From Octopus vulgaris (Eukaryota): DNA of 64,000 nt. The stretch is from contig OX597815.1 in the NCBI GenBank assembly GCA_951406725.2, positions 63,364,001 to 63,428,000 on the forward strand, in the 5' to 3' direction. Under the pieces are notes generated by a model that searched no databases, was not told the origin of the DNA, and was given only the letters and a program-made list of their open reading frames with translations. Below, piece by piece: positions 41,585-56,477 of this stretch. Positions within the stretch are counted from its first letter, which is position 1. Every line of letters starts with the position of its first letter. The position numbers and the translations under genes are program-made.

Positions 41585-42109
41585 TACATTTATATAATTT
41601 ACAATTTAAGTCCATAAACAATTCTACTTTTAGTCTCTACTTTATCTCTGAATACATAAATACTAGTTATTCAGAAGAGGAAGGACAGCGCCCTCAGGAT
41701 CCCGCAACCCCTCTAATCGTACATGTAAAGTGAGCTTAGTGTCATTGTTGTTGAATATAAACACAGATAGGTTAGAGTCGGTAGGAAAAATAGGGACGCG
41801 TGCGGAGTTGCAAAAGCTTACCAATTTGCTGGGAAAGGCCCGGATTTGTAAAATTATATACTCTGCATCCCGAAACTGGTGTTCCGGGATATAAGGGATT
41901 AAGGCAATAACTATTTCCGGGATGTTTAAAATACGGCAAAAACGACTTCCAGGATAGAGGGGATTATGGCATAACTAGTTCAAAGAAGGTCATTGTTCAA
42001 AAGATAACCTGAGATGATTTATGATGACGCACATCATTACAAATCGACCAATTGTAGTAGTCAGTATTATTACTGAAGTGTTAAGCGTAAGATGATGGAG
42101 ACTTTGGAG

Positions 42110-42310
42110 GTATACTTTTACAACCTTGAGTAATATCAAGAAATATGTCATACATAAAATAATTATAATTTAACTTTAAGCAAATTTCTTGGTGCCTTTA
42201 CAAAATGATGAAATGAATATTAATTATCAAAGGGAATATATTTATTACCTTGAAACGTTATTAAATAAAAATAAATTTCTCAATAGTATGACTTTTTCTT
42301 TACTCTCATT
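42110..42310 (+). repeat. Dispersed repeat, second copy at ~46200-46410
   Basis: aatatcaagaaatatg...tataatttaacttt...tcttggtgc...ttaaataaaa...aaatttctca occurs in both. Confidence 0.75.
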
Positions 42311-42807
42311 TACCCCCTCCCTTCCTCCACTCCTCCACTCCTCCACTCCTGTATCTATGTTTTTTCTCCATTTGTATAGCTTTCTTATACTCCTTGCCTG
42401 TTACCAAGCCTAGTATATGTACCCTTCCTGCACCCCTTATTTTAACTCGATTTGTATTTCACTTTATATCCTTACACCCTATCACTGTATACTTATGAAA
42501 AGTGTCGCAGGAGAATCAACCAGCCAGCCAGCCAACCCACATTTATTTCACCTGCATCAAACGACAGTTTGGAACAGAGTTTCGTGAAGCGTTCCTTTAC
42601 GTGAACGTATATATCTCCTGGCGAATGCTTATATCAACAACACCAGCCGTGTCGTCGGACAGTTTTTTAATACGGTCAACCGCGATGCTGTAACTAAACC
42701 TTGTTTTATAACCTTCAGCTTCACTAGTTCCACATATCACGGTGATTGTCGAGCACCGGAGTAGTCATTTTCTTTTACGACCAGTAAAGTAATATTTCAT
42801 TTGTGTA

Positions 42808-43005
42808 AGGCTGCGAGCTGGCAGAATTGTTAGCACGTCGGGCAAAATGCTTAACAGCATTTCGTCTTTCTTTACGTTCTGAGTTCAAACTTCGCTGAGG
42901 TCGACTTTAACCGTCATCCTGTCGGATTCGATAAAATTGGTATCAGTTGAATGTTTGGTCGATGTAATCAACCTACCGAAATCGCTGGCGTTGTGCCAGA
43001 ATTTG
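42808..43005 (+). mobile_element. SINE family B
   Basis: aaggctgcgagctggcagaattgttagcacgtcgggcaaaatgcttaac...tacgttctgagttcaaac. Confidence 0.88.
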
Positions 43006-45459
43006 GCGTTTTAGGAGTTTCAATCTTAGACAATCACTATCGAAGAATCTATTAATGATCACAGTTGGCAAAATATCGTGCATATTAGTGTGACCTTGAA
43101 GAGAAAATATTCAGGGACTCAAACCTGCCCTTTATCAATGAATGCTAAAAGAAGACACGGACGCAATTTAGTTTTAGTTTACATTTTTCTTTAATTAATC
43201 CTTTTCTGATATTAATGTGCTTCATAACTCTGAAACCTTCAAAATCTTTCGAGATTCTTCGAGAATTTGTGAGATTTTATGAATTGTTCTATAAACTTTT
43301 TCTTCAAGAGATTTTTCAAGCTTATGAAGTTTATTAAAAAAATCCACTTCATCACACTTTTTCATTTTTTCATTCTTTTAATTATTCCACTTTTCCACTT
43401 TCTCTTGTCTTGTTTTTAAGTACTTTTAACTTCTTTTAACTTAACTTAACCTCCCTTGATTTATTCAGGTAAAATATTCCATCCTCTTCCTTTACCTTTC
43501 TTACTTCTGCTAACAGTGTTATCCTGTTATGTTTCTTTCTTCCCCACCCCACTAATGTGTGAACAATGTGGTCGAGCCTCATCTTGCGATCTTTGCAGAG
43601 AGAATATGGCTTAGATCGGAGTCTTGGTTGTTATCAAAGCACATACGGAAAATATTATATGTGCTTTGAGTGGATTTCAGTTGAGGTGGTGGGAATACAG
43701 CTTTGTTGGTTCAGATGAGAGGAAATGCTTATAGTTTTTCAAGAAAATATAAAATTGGAGACAAGTGTGTTGGAGAAGGTCAGTTAACGTTAACATTTGA
43801 AAAATCTAATCGTAAGATAGTGGTTTCGATTTCTGGACCTGGCAGTGGGTTGTGTTCTGAAGCAAAACATTTCATTTCGCGTTGTTCCAGTCCACCCAAC
43901 CGACACAATTTTATATTCTTGCGATAGACTGGCGTCCCATCCAGAGGTATGCATACAAACCGGGAAACCGGTCTTATATGACTTATATGACTTGGGAAAG
44001 AGCTTTATAATTTATCCGTTTAATTAGTAATATTTATGAACTGATGAGTAAAGAGCTTCATGACAAATGGTATTTTAATTATTTCGGCAAGAATAGGAAA
44101 CAATCCATGGTGTGTTTTGGTATTAACGGTGGTGACCCAGCATGACAACAGCTTTAAAGCTGAACCAATTTAAAGAATTTAAATAAAATTATTTGATCTC
44201 CTCAAAGAAGCAGAGGCTTTATTGACAGCAGAGACTTCTTATCTCCTCTATCTATGTTCAATTCTTTCTTTAATGGCTTCTGTTTTTTGTACCTCAATCA
44301 CTCAGACATCCATGACACAGTCATTTTCTGTATGCCTACCTAACTCCTCGACTCTGCACAGATCATACAGTTATGTCCTTTCTCCTGAACAACCTCCCTC
44401 TGGAAGCCCCTTCGTGTTCATGTCTTTCCTGCAGGTGTTGATCTGCAGTTATTTAAACAGAGAATTAAAATCAACATCTTGGAAGGCAAGCGAAGCTCTC
44501 GATTTAACAAAAAAGCAAGAAAAAGATGCAATATTTGTGTAAACAGTAAAATATTTTAAGAAGAAATTTTTTAAGAAGAAAATTAATGACAATTACTGAA
44601 GGAGGATTAGAATAAGTGATAAAATGATGCAACAATGTTCCTATCAGATACATAATTTTTAACTAATAATGTTGATGTTGCCTCTACAAAATTCCAGAAC
44701 TCGGTGCCTTTCTATTAGATTTTTCAGATTTAAAATATTTTATTTACTGTTGGGAGAGGGAACCTTTGGGGACATTAAACATTTCATCCTCTTGGTTTAT
44801 GGCAACATTTAGAGTAATGAACCATTGCAGAATAAGTTCTAATCTGGGATGAAAATGATTGATCTATATGGAAAACAAGCAGCACCATAGCTGTTAGATG
44901 TAGAAGTATGAAAACCTCGAAGACTTAACAAAGACAGAGTCTATGTGAAGAAGATTATTGTTTATTATGGTTAATAGTGGCGGAATTGGTCGTTAGAATT
45001 TTCTTCTCCACAATTAAGTCGTTCATTCTAAAACATTGATTGGAATTGAGAATAGTCTGCCAGGAAATGGGGAAGAAATAAAAGATCTTCAGTGAAAAGA
45101 AAAAAATTCTCTCCTCATAGACAATGATCAACGCATTTAAAGAAAATAATTTGGCAATATCTCCTGAAGATTAAGTTTGGGTTATTTCGTCTCCTGCCAT
45201 TAGCCAAACATTTCATTAATGAATTTCTGTATTATCATGTATTGCCGTATACCTCAAACTTTTAAACTTTTCACTCACACGTTTCCCACATTTTCTTGCT
45301 ACGATTCAACACCACCCCCTATACATTTTTGATGTATACATACACTTAATATCAGGCGAAAGTAATTTAGTTCAGGGTACAAGATTAACTATTAACCACA
45401 ACACCACTCCACTATAAGGTTAGATGGTGTATAATTTTTTTCTAATATTGGAACAAGGC

Positions 45460-45660
45460 CATCAGTTTTGAGGAAAGAGGGTTTTGTCAATTACATTGAT
45501 TTCACTACCTGACTGGTACTTTATTTTATGGAACCCGAAGGAATGAAAGGCAAAGGTGATCGCGATGGTTTTCGAACTCAGAACGTAAAGAGCTAGAAGA
45601 AATATTGTCAAGAACTTTGTCCAATGCGTTAACGGATTCTGTTGGTTCACCACTATATTG
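45460..45660 (-). mobile_element. SINE family B, degraded
   Basis: gactggtacttt...gaatgaaaggcaaagg...tcgaactcagaacgtaaaga...taacggattctg. Confidence 0.75.
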
Positions 45661-45899
45661 GTAGAATATAATTACAGACAACATACTTGAAAAAGTACGA
45701 GACAGGAAGAGCAAAGTTTAAGACAAATATCGAATTAGAACAAACTATACTGTGTCAGATATCATAAGGGAAACTTTCATATTGGCTCTTCATTCAAAAT
45801 GCACTTTGTTTAAGTGGGGACCAATATTACTTCTCGCTATTAATACTGCCCTGTTGCAAATATTATAAATATAGAATTAATGTATGGCTTTACTTTTGG

Positions 45900-46050
45900 C
45901 TCTCTACGTTCTGAGTTCGAAAAACACTACGATTAACTTCACCTTTCATCCTTTTGGGGGTCGATAAAATAAGATACCAGTCAAGTATTGAGATCGATGT
46001 AATCGACTCAACCCTCTTTTCTCAAAATTTATTATCTTTTTCCAATATCA
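45900..46050 (+). mobile_element. SINE family B, 3' part
   Basis: tacgttctgagttcga...cctttcatccttttgggggtcgataaaataag. Confidence 0.75.
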
Positions 46051-46489
46051 GAGAAAAATTATATACCATTTAACCTTAAAGCGGAGTGATGTTGCAGTTA
46101 ATAGTTAAACTAACACCTTGAACAAAAGAGAGGGGGTAATAACTATCCTATTTACTTATTAGAGAGTTACCATTCACAGGACGGGTAACTTTTGAAGCAA
46201 ACTTTTATTACCATGGGGAATATCAAGAAATATGAGTAAATACAATAACTATAATTTAACTTTTATAAAAATGTCTTGGTGCTTATATACAATGGTGAAA
46301 TGTAAAGTAATTTTCAAAAGAAAAATGATGATTAATTAAAAATATATTTAAATAAAACAAATTTCTCATTTGTTTAACCCTTCCCATTACTACTTTGTCA
46401 TTTACTCCTTCTCTTTCGTCACTTTAATTCTTTCTCCTGGTGTGTGTGTATGTGTGTATGTGTGTACGTGTTTAGCTTTCTTACTCATT

Positions 46490-46690
46490 GCCTGCAGAAA
46501 CGTTGGCACGCTGTACAAAATGCTTAGCAGCATTTCGTCCATCTTTCTGTTCTGAGTTCAAATTACTTCGAGGTTGACTTTCCCTTTCATCTTTTGGGTG
46601 TAAATAAAAGAAACACCCGTTAGTTGAATATTAGGCTCGATGTCATTGACCTACCCTCAACCTCAAAATTGCTGGCTTTGTGCCTTAAAG
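46490..46690 (+). mobile_element. SINE family B
   Basis: gcagaaacgttggcacgc...aaatgcttagcagcatttcgtcc...gttctgagttcaaatt. Confidence 0.82.
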
Positions 46691-47334
46691 CCAATATTTC
46701 ATTAAGGGTCTAAACTTTAAAAAATTAAACTCTACGGATACATCTATCGTCCCCCTCCCCTAGTTTCCATAAACAATTTTCCACCGCCGCTAAGAGGTTT
46801 GGTATCGTTCACTTCCAAAAACACTTAGGTAGCCACTCTTATTCTGCCTGCCTTAGATTCCTTTTTAAAGATCTTTCTGCAAATAACAAGAACAAAAATA
46901 AATAATGGAACTGTTTAAATTGTAAGAGAAAGTAATCCAAGATTTATAAAGATGGAACAGGCACGGCTGGAACGGCTCTCATCATTGTTTTGATCGATAT
47001 TAATCGTTATAGTTTTAAGCAACAACGGCAGCGACCAATATTTACCATTTCGTTGTTGCTGTATGCGCGAGGAGAATGAGAATTGGCGATTAAAATTTTA
47101 TATCTTTTACAAATGTTATTACATATGTTATTACTTTTATTTCTAGATTTCTTACCAATGGAGAAAGATTCCGGGTCCTCCATTGGAATTTCAATAAATA
47201 CTATCAGAGCGGTTGTGTATATTCGTGTGTGTGTATATGCAAGTATGTAGCGTCAGTACATGTGCAAATCTGTATGCTTTGTTTTATGTATGTATATTCA
47301 TTCATATAGTTGCATGTCCAAATGTGAGCATGTA

Positions 47335-47721
47335 TGGTAAGTAGCTTGTTTACGAACTACATGAATCCGGGTTCAGTCTCACAGCGTGGCACCTTGGACA
47401 AGTGTCTTCTACTATAGCCTCGGGCCGACCAAAGCCTTGTGAGTGGATTTGGTAGACGGAAACTGAAAGAAGCCCGTCGTATATATGTATATCTATATAT
47501 GTGTGTGTATATGTTTGTGTGTCTGTGTTTGTCCCGCCAACATCGCTTGACAACCAATACTAGTGTGTTTACGCCCCCGTAACTTAGCGGTTCGACCTTA
47601 GGGACCGATAGAATAAGTACTAGGCTTACAAAGAATAAGTCCTGGAGTCGATTTGCTCGACTAAAGGCAGTGCTCCAGCATGTCCGAGTCATATGACTGA
47701 AACAAGTAAAAGAGTAAAAGA
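47335..47721 (+). mobile_element. SINE family A
   Basis: High similarity to 30422-30845. Confidence 0.92.
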
Positions 47722-48131
47722 CTTATATGCTAAACTTTTGCTAAGCTTTACACATTTTGATGGTTCCATTGATGGCTTGTATCTGTAATCTTATAATTAG
47801 CTTTTTCCTTTTTGGTTTTGAGAAAGATTAGTGATGAGGTAGCTGATTCCACACCGAAGTGAACCAATAATTACAGGTATAAATCTGCATTAGTTGTCCG
47901 AGTGGATTATTTGTAAATTTTTCGATTAGATGGATGTTTGCTGGGCAACTGGTACACGACTGTACAGTTTCCCTTCTCTAAATCACTATGTATGTATGTA
48001 CGTATGTATGTATGTATGTATTTATGTATGTATGTATGTATGTATGTATGTATGTATGTATGTATGTATGTATGTATACATGCATGTATGTATGTGTGTA
48101 TGTATGTATGCATGCATGCGTGTATGTATGT

Positions 48132-48447
48132 GAAGGCATGTGGCTTGGTGGTTCGGGAAATTGGTTCATGAGCGTAAGGTCGTAAGTTCGATTCCCGGTG
48201 GCATGTTGTGTCTTTGAGCAAGGCACTTGTATTTCATGTTGCTCCACTCAGCTAGCAAATATGAGTAGTACCTGTATTTTAAAGGGCCAGCCTCGTCACA
48301 CTCTGTGTCAAGATTAATCTTCCTGGGAGATTAATCTTGTACGCGTGTCTGTTGAGTGCTCAGCTACTTGCACGTTAATTTCACGAGACGACTGTTCCTT
48401 TGATTGGATCAAATGGAAACTCCTCGTCGTAACCGACGGAGTGTCAG
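48132..48447 (+). mobile_element. tRNA-derived SINE family C
   Basis: A box tggcttggtgg, B box aagttcgattcc, body gttgtgtctttgagcaaggcact...; flanked by (TATG)n. Confidence 0.85.
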
Positions 48448-49241
48448 TTTTTTGTATGTATGTATGTATGTATGTATGTATGTATGTATGTATGTATGTA
48501 TGTATGTATGTATGTATGTGCGTATATACAATCATACAATATATTTATTCAAACATAAAGTATGATTACATGTATGTATGAGTGGATTTCACTTAACATA
48601 TAGAATAAACTTTAGATTAATTTATACATAAACCAATGAATGCAGCCTTGTGTGAGCACCAGATCTTCTAGGAATAGCAGCAGATTCCCTAAAATCACGT
48701 GCATATTAAAAGAACAGCATATACAAAGACGGAATAGGCATGGCTGGGACGACTTTTATCATTGTTTTGGTCGATGTCAATCGTTACGGAGTTAAGCAAC
48801 AACAGCAGCGACAACAAGTAGTTTACTTCGCACAACCGTATTCCACTATCAATATTTACCATTTCGTTGTTGCTGTAGACGCGTGGAGAAGGAGAATGTG
48901 CAATTAAAATGTTCTATCTTTTGCAAAATTCATGACAACACCCCCAAAATTCTCGGTTTTTAATAAAATAGCAAAGAATATACGATGCAAAAAATGTTGG
49001 AATTGTGGTCGCATTGAACGAAGAACTATAAAAGTTTGGCGAATTAATTGATGCAGTAAGATAGTGGAATATTCTGGTGGATAATCGTTGAGTCATAGAT
49101 GCAGAAGAAAAGAGCAGTTGATTTCAATCTGGAATATTCTGTGGTATAAGAAACAAAGATATACCATTTACACAGAAGTACACATATGCAATACATATAT
49201 ACATACCTACATATATACATACATTCATACACACATACATG

Positions 49242-49295
<54 letters not shown>

Positions 49296-50459
49296 AAGGC
49301 ATACGTACTTAATACATGCTCCTACACATAAATATACAGACAGAGGCATACAGACAATATATGCAAATATACACGCATATATACATACATACATACAGAC
49401 GTACGTACATGCCATGCCTGCATACTTACATTTTACATGCTCGCATACATAATCATTCATACATATATATATATAAAAGCATATACAAACATACATGTAC
49501 TCACAGACAAGAACGCACATTTGCATACTCACATATAAGCATACATACCAATATGTGTGTGCGCGTGCGCGCGTGTATGCATGTGTGTGTGTGAAAAAAA
49601 CACATATATATATATATATAAACACATATATACGCACAAACTTACAGATAGGCACATATATGCTTCCATACTTAGATACACACACACACACATATATAAT
49701 GTATATATGCATGTATTCTTATATAGACACAAACATATATATGGAAATATATACACATTTATACACGCACATATATATACACACACTCATACACACGCAC
49801 ATCCACATGTATATATATATGTATGTATTTATATGCACGTATGTATATATGAAAGTGAAGTATAAAATCCATAGTATGGTAGCACACAGGCATCCCAATA
49901 CATACCTATAAACTTCAGAGAACACGAAGTGAAGATAGCAATCTTTGTGTCCAGTGGAGCTCGTAGATATATCGTCTCGGACGCCTCCATCACATCATGC
50001 TATACATTTAATGGTCTACTTATTGATACGTTTGCATATATAATATGGACATCCTTCCCGTCTCCCATACAAGCTGAGCTTGATTTGCACATTAACTCAC
50101 AACAAATATTCATGCCTGTTCTTTCTTCCCCTCTGTCACTTGATACACACACACTCATATATATATATATATATACATGTGTATATGCATACTGTTACAT
50201 ATATGTATTACACGTATGTTTTGTGCGTGTGCGTGTATGTATGTATGCATGTATGTATGTATGTATGTATGTATGTATGTATGTATGTATGTATGTATGT
50301 ATGTACGTACGTATTTATGTATGTGTGAGTGTGTGCGTGCCTATAATGGTTCTCTTTAACATTCTCATTACCATGCTCGCCTGCTTTGACAGACACAAAC
50401 ACAAGTACACACATATACATATACAACCATACAAATATGCATCTACATACGCACATATG

Positions 50460-50503
<44 letters not shown>

Positions 50504-50834
50504 AGTGCATATATATGCATCATATATATATGTATACATATACACACATTTATATTTTCATATACATGTGTGTGTGTTATCAGAAATAAAACATCTGGTG
50601 GCGTAGATTTGACAATATATATTGAAGGAAAAGCTTCTTAAAGTTATAAACCAAAACCTCTTCTAAATGAATCAGACCAAATACTTTTCTTATGACAGTC
50701 AGTTCATTCATATTTTTTACTACATAGACTTGTACGAATTTTTCTGGAAGATTTCTTATCAAGTCTACTCCAAAATAATCATGCTTGATATCAATAGTTA
50801 ATTTTGCTTTCTAACCACGTGAGTTTGTAACTGC

Positions 50835-50873
50835 ATCACACCTGACGAGACCCATCTGGGTTGATATTGTGAT
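50835..50873 (+). ncRNA. Degenerate hammerhead-like motif
   Basis: atcacac ctgacga gaccc-atct-gggtt gata t tgtgat; GAAA altered to GATA and stem III missing. Confidence 0.4.
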
Positions 50874-51319
50874 ATTTCTGTTCACACACACTGTACGATT
50901 AATAAAACCCAGTTAGTTGCGAACAGAGTTAGATAGGGGCAGGGGTGATTGTGTAGTTTAAAAGATTTTCTCCACAAGAACGTGATTTCAAGTTTTTCTG
51001 AACTGCAGGGAAGTTTGAGCAAAAAGTTTCTATCGTAATTCCTGATCGACCAATGATTTCAGAGTGAAGTTTGGTAAACAAAAACTGTGCGAATCTCATG
51101 GAAAAGATCACTTTCATTCCTAAAATACAGAATTAATCTGTTGACAGGTTTAAGTCCGCCATCTGGATGTTAGAATTTCTTTAGCGGAGTAAACTATATC
51201 GCAAAAATTTCGGATGGGATTTCAATCTGAGGCAAATTTACACTTTCCAGCCTTTGCAGGCACCTCTAAGAATAGTAATATACACTGCCTTCGCGTATAT
51301 ATTTATATATATATATATA

Positions 51320-51525
51320 TACAGTTAATCCAAACATGAAAACATAAAGAGAAAACACAACAACGCGAGGACGTGGAACAAATATAGTATTATTGGTCGC
51401 TCAGAAAGGAAGGAAAGAAGGAGGGTTTAACATTTCGAGCGGAGCTCTTCGTCAGAAACATAGGAAAAAGAAAGATCCGAAGAAGGGAAGACGGAGGAAA
51501 AAAATCGCCAACGGTACACACGCGG

Positions 51526-51530
<5 letters not shown>
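51320..51530 (-). mobile_element. Short non-coding element with intact HHR core at 51425-51459
   Basis: Reverse complement: GUUU CUGACGA A GAGC-UCC-GCUC GAAA UG U U AAAC; embedded between microsatellites. Confidence 0.78.
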
Positions 51531-51611
<81 letters not shown>

Positions 51612-51719
51612 AAAAAACTCACTTTTTATTATATATTATATTTTGTGAAATTTGATTTAGTATTTCTAAATTGAATTTTTCCCTTTAAGTTTGGAATGAT
51701 ATTCCTCGTATTATATATA

Positions 51720-51755
<36 letters not shown>

Positions 51756-51831
51756 TGTATGTATGTATGTATGTATGTATGTATGTATGTATGTATGTAT
51801 GTATGTATGTATGTATATATATGTATGTATG

Positions 51832-51865
<34 letters not shown>

Positions 51866-52154
51866 TGTATGTATGTATGTATGTATGTATGTATGTATGT
51901 ATGTATGTATATATACAACAAAATTTTTTTATCTTTGACAAAGTTACGCAAGATTTCGCTTCCACAAAGCAATGCCTTGTGAACAGCTAGCCAAACTCTA
52001 TATAAGAATACCAAATTTAAAATTTCTACGTCGCAGACGTAAGCAAGCGCTCAGGACTTGAGGAATAAGTCTTAACAACAACAAAAAACTTTGATGAAGA
52101 CGGGTTATCTCCCCTGAATTAGAGGTGGGGGGACCCGGACGGACCCGAAGAGGT

Positions 52155-52500
52155 CTAACTAGCAAGCGGTGAAATCCATTTTTCCAGTAAGTAGCGCTTG
52201 AAGTGGCTACATTTAGAAAGCACTTCTTTATGGCTGTTTAATGCTCCAGGTTTCTTATAGTCCTTAAGAAGTTTGACTCTTTCCGCGATGCAGATCATGC
52301 AACGGCCACTTCCATTAATATTCGGACCCGGATGATCAATTAATTTCAAACGATATTTTCTTAACCACCAGTCATCCTTCAGAGTTCCAGAAAGACGGTT
52401 TTTCACGTCCCTGGCCTGCCATGTATGGCATCTCAAGGATCAAGGGGCCCCGTGTGATATCAGGTGGAAATTAATTGATCATCCGAGCCCGTAACTCTAT
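52155..52500 (-). pseudogene. Naiad-type PLE GIY-YIG C-terminus
   Basis: KLIDHPGPNINGSGRCMICIAERVKLL...LNSHKEVLSKCSHFKRY fits the CxLCxxEK...LNxRxE...CRH pattern; an inverted piece VWHLKDQGAPCDIRWKLIDHP lies at ~52423-52490 (+). Confidence 0.8.
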
Positions 52501-53254
52501 GTCCAAGATATAAAGTTTTTGTTGTAATAATTACTGCTCTATTCTTTAAAGTGTGCTTCTTTCTGATACATTTTAATTTTTCTTAACTAGGATTCAAGAG
52601 AATCATCTATTTAAATAGTGAAAGCACCAGGTCTAATCAGTGATAGCGCTATTGTGTGCAAACAAATATAAAGGACAAATACGTACTTACTAAAGTAAAC
52701 ACGGATTTGTACTCCAGTTATGCATTCATTCAGAAATGACTGACTGAATACAGATCGAGTCATCAATGTCACACATGGCTACACTCACTGCGCTTATTGT
52801 ACCGCCGTCTATAGACTTCAGATCCGAACCTATGTTGGTTTCAAGTTAGGTGAGAGACAAACTATAACAACGGATAGGCTGTGGTTCACTACAGCTGCTT
52901 CAGACGAGTTTTTTATTGATGAACAGAACAGTTACATCATGTCAAAAAAATAATAAAAAACGTTTTCATCAGGTGAATATAGGTAAAAACTAACAATTTG
53001 GACTTCTCAATAGCAAGTACATAGTGCCAAATGACTCAACTAACCCATATTCGGTCAGAATATATACATACATACATAGTTACATTTTACTTGCAGCAGA
53101 CAATGTTAACATTCTAAATGAACCGAAGGACTTCCTACATACATACATACATACATACATACATAGGTATATGTTAATGTTTGTTTTTACGCTTAGTTAC
53201 TGTAAAAACAATTTTACTTTAATCTGAGGGTTTATTCTCTGCTAATGTAGAGTG

Positions 53255-53351
53255 GAAGAAGAAGAAGAAGAAGAAGAAGAAGAAGAAGAAGAAGAAGAAG
53301 AAGAAGAAGAAGAAGAAGAAGAAGAAGAAGAAGAAGAAGAAGAAGAAGAAG

Positions 53352-53380
<29 letters not shown>
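53255..53380. repeat. (GAA)n microsatellite, ~40 units
   Basis: Direct inspection. Confidence 0.97.
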
Positions 53381-53382
<2 letters not shown>

Positions 53383-53894
53383 TAGGACTCGAAAGGAATA
53401 AAATATGATGTTTGTGATATTGGAAGTGGTGACATGTAGCAACAGATATGTAAATAGTAACAATACTACAATAAAAACAACAACTGCTGCTGCTGCTACT
53501 GCTACTGCTGCTACTACTGAGGTCGCTACCAGCATGGTTGAAACTCATCAGTCATTTTGTAGGAGACGGATACTTTGAAATGACGTTTCTTTTTTCTTCT
53601 TCCTTATTTCCACGATGTTGCACAATCATATAGACGTATATACAAACCCATACAAACATTCACGCATATATGCATGAATACATGCATGTACAAGAACACA
53701 CATACAAACATACATTCTTACATATGCGCACATATACACTCACACGCACACTTAAACGCACACACGACACACTATATATATATGTGTGTGAGAGTGTGTC
53801 CATGTGTATGTATGTATGTATGTATGTATGTATGTATATATGTGTATGTATGTGTGTGTATGTATGTATGTATGTGTGTGTATGTATGTATGTA

Positions 53895-53949
<55 letters not shown>

Positions 53950-54223
53950 TATAATGTAAGTCTCCATTTAACTGTTATTTCAGGTTTGAATTTTTTAATT
54001 TCTTCCCCCACCCACCCCCACCCTATTTTTGTTTCATATCTTTTCACATTTCATCGACGTTGATATTGTATTTATTTATTTGTTTCTTTATATTTTCCCA
54101 TCTTTCATGCACTTTAATATGTACATGTATATGTGTCTACATATGCATCTGTGTGTGTGTGTGTAAATATGTATATATGTATATACGCATGTACATATAT
54201 TTATATGAATATGTCTATGTACT

Positions 54224-54254
<31 letters not shown>

Positions 54255-54297
54255 GTACGTATATATATGTAGGTAAATATATGTGTGTTTATGTATA

Positions 54298-54338
<41 letters not shown>

Positions 54339-55179
54339 ACGTATGTGTATATATGTACATGTATACATATGTACATATACATATATATATATATGCATGT
54401 ATATATATATATAAATATATATATATATGCATATATCTATCTATATATATACATGTTTGCATAAATTTATATGTGTGCATGTATGTATATATATGTATGT
54501 TTGCATGTATGTATTTATGTATATATGCGTATATGTATTTATGTATTTATTTGGTCAATTTGTCATGTTTCTGCGGTTGATTATATAGAGGGACGCTGCT
54601 TCACATTTCCATCTGTCTATTTACGTCTTAACTTGAACATGTCTCGCACCGTTTGTCTTTCCTTACAAGTTGCTTCCGTTAAGATTTCTATCTCACTCTC
54701 TTTCACTACCTTTCCATATTCACCCCCTTCTTTCCTTCTCTTTCTCTCACTATATTTTCCCGTTTTTTCTCCTTTTTTCTTTATCCCCAAATCTCTTGCA
54801 TTGCACATGCGCCAGCCTGTTTGGTTTCTTATTATTTTCTTCTCACTCTACAGATATATGTATACTCATTCTAATGGCGGCTGTTTGTTGTTTGCGCGCT
54901 AGTTTGTTTAAATATGTGTCTTATTGACAATTTATTTTGCTCTGTTTGGTTTTGTTCTCTTATTTGCAGACGTTCAAATTATTATTTGCATTGATTTGTT
55001 TATTTTTATATTTTATCTTCTACTTTGCTTTTTATTTACATTGTTCTTCGTATTTCTTTTTCAATTTGTTTACTTATTTTTTATTTTCCTCCGCCCATTT
55101 TCCTTTTTCTAAAATCTAAATGATAGAAACTGTGAAATGAGCAGAAACATTTTCACACACACATACACATATGTATGTA

Positions 55180-55299
<120 letters not shown>

Positions 55300-55367
55300 C
55301 ATGTATATGTATGCATGTGTGACTGTGTGACTGTGTGCGCGCGCGTGTGTATGCGTGTGCGTGTGTG

Positions 55368-55490
55368 GGGGGTAAGAATTTCCTTCCCGACCACATAGTT
55401 CAGGTTTCCATCCCAATGCGTGCCACATTAGGCCAGTGTATTCTATCATAAACTTTCACCGACCAAAGCCTTGTGAGTGGAGCTAGCAGA
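55368..55490 (+). mobile_element. SINE family A, 5' part
   Basis: ggtaagaatt...ccacatagttcaggttt...ccgaccaaagccttgtgagtgg. Confidence 0.7.
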
Positions 55491-55504
55491 AAAAAAATGG
55501 AAGA

Positions 55505-55852
55505 CAGCGGCCATGCAGGCGAAGAAATCCATCCCAAGACTAATTCTTTGTAAGCCCGGCACTCATTCTAACGGTCGCTTTTGTCGAACCGCTTAGTTAT
55601 GGGGACGTAACCACACCGACACAAGTTGTCAAGCGATGGTGGGCGGGAAACAAACACAGACACAAAGACACACATAAATATATATCTATACGACGGGCTT
55701 CTTTCAATTTCCGTCTACCACTTCTACTCACAAGGCTTTGGTTGTTTTGAGGCTTTAATAGAAGACACTTGCCAAAGGTGCCACGCACTGGGACTGAACC
55801 AAAAACCATGTGATTGGGAAGCAAGGTATTTACCAAACAGTCACGCCTGCAC
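55505..55852 (-). mobile_element. SINE family A
   Basis: gcggccatgc...gtaagcc...tacgacgggcttctttc...gaagacacttgcc...gggactgaacc. Confidence 0.85.
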
Positions 55853-56296
55853 TTATACATACATATATAGAGAGAGAGAAAGAGAGAGAGAGAGAAAGAG
55901 AGAGAGATAAACATATATCTAAATATATATGCGTGTATAGACATATAAATGCATGTATATGTATATGTACATATATGTGTGTATGTGTGTATGCATGTGT
56001 GGGTGCGCGTGAGTGTGCGCGTGTGCTTGCACCTAAGTTTGTCTCCACCCCACCGTTTCGCATCCGGTTTTTATGTGTCTATGTCTACGTAACGCTTAGG
56101 CAAAACAGACCGTTAGAGTAAGTTCCAGGCTTAAAATCATTTTTTTTTAAATATGTCCTATGGTCATTTCGTTCGACTAAAATTCTTGAAGACCTTGCCC
56201 CAACATGGATGCAGTCTAATGAATGAAACAAGGAAGCGATAAACAATAAAAGATATACATACATATCTGTGTGTGTGTGTGTATGTATAAATGTAG

Positions 56297-56343
<47 letters not shown>

Positions 56344-56477
56344 TATATAGTATACATATATATAGATATATACATATATACATAGTAAAGATAATAAGGA
56401 TAGAAAATTAAGAAAGATTTTCATACCGGTGGCTAGCATGCGTAATAAAGTCAGTAGACAACACATTTTCATATATA

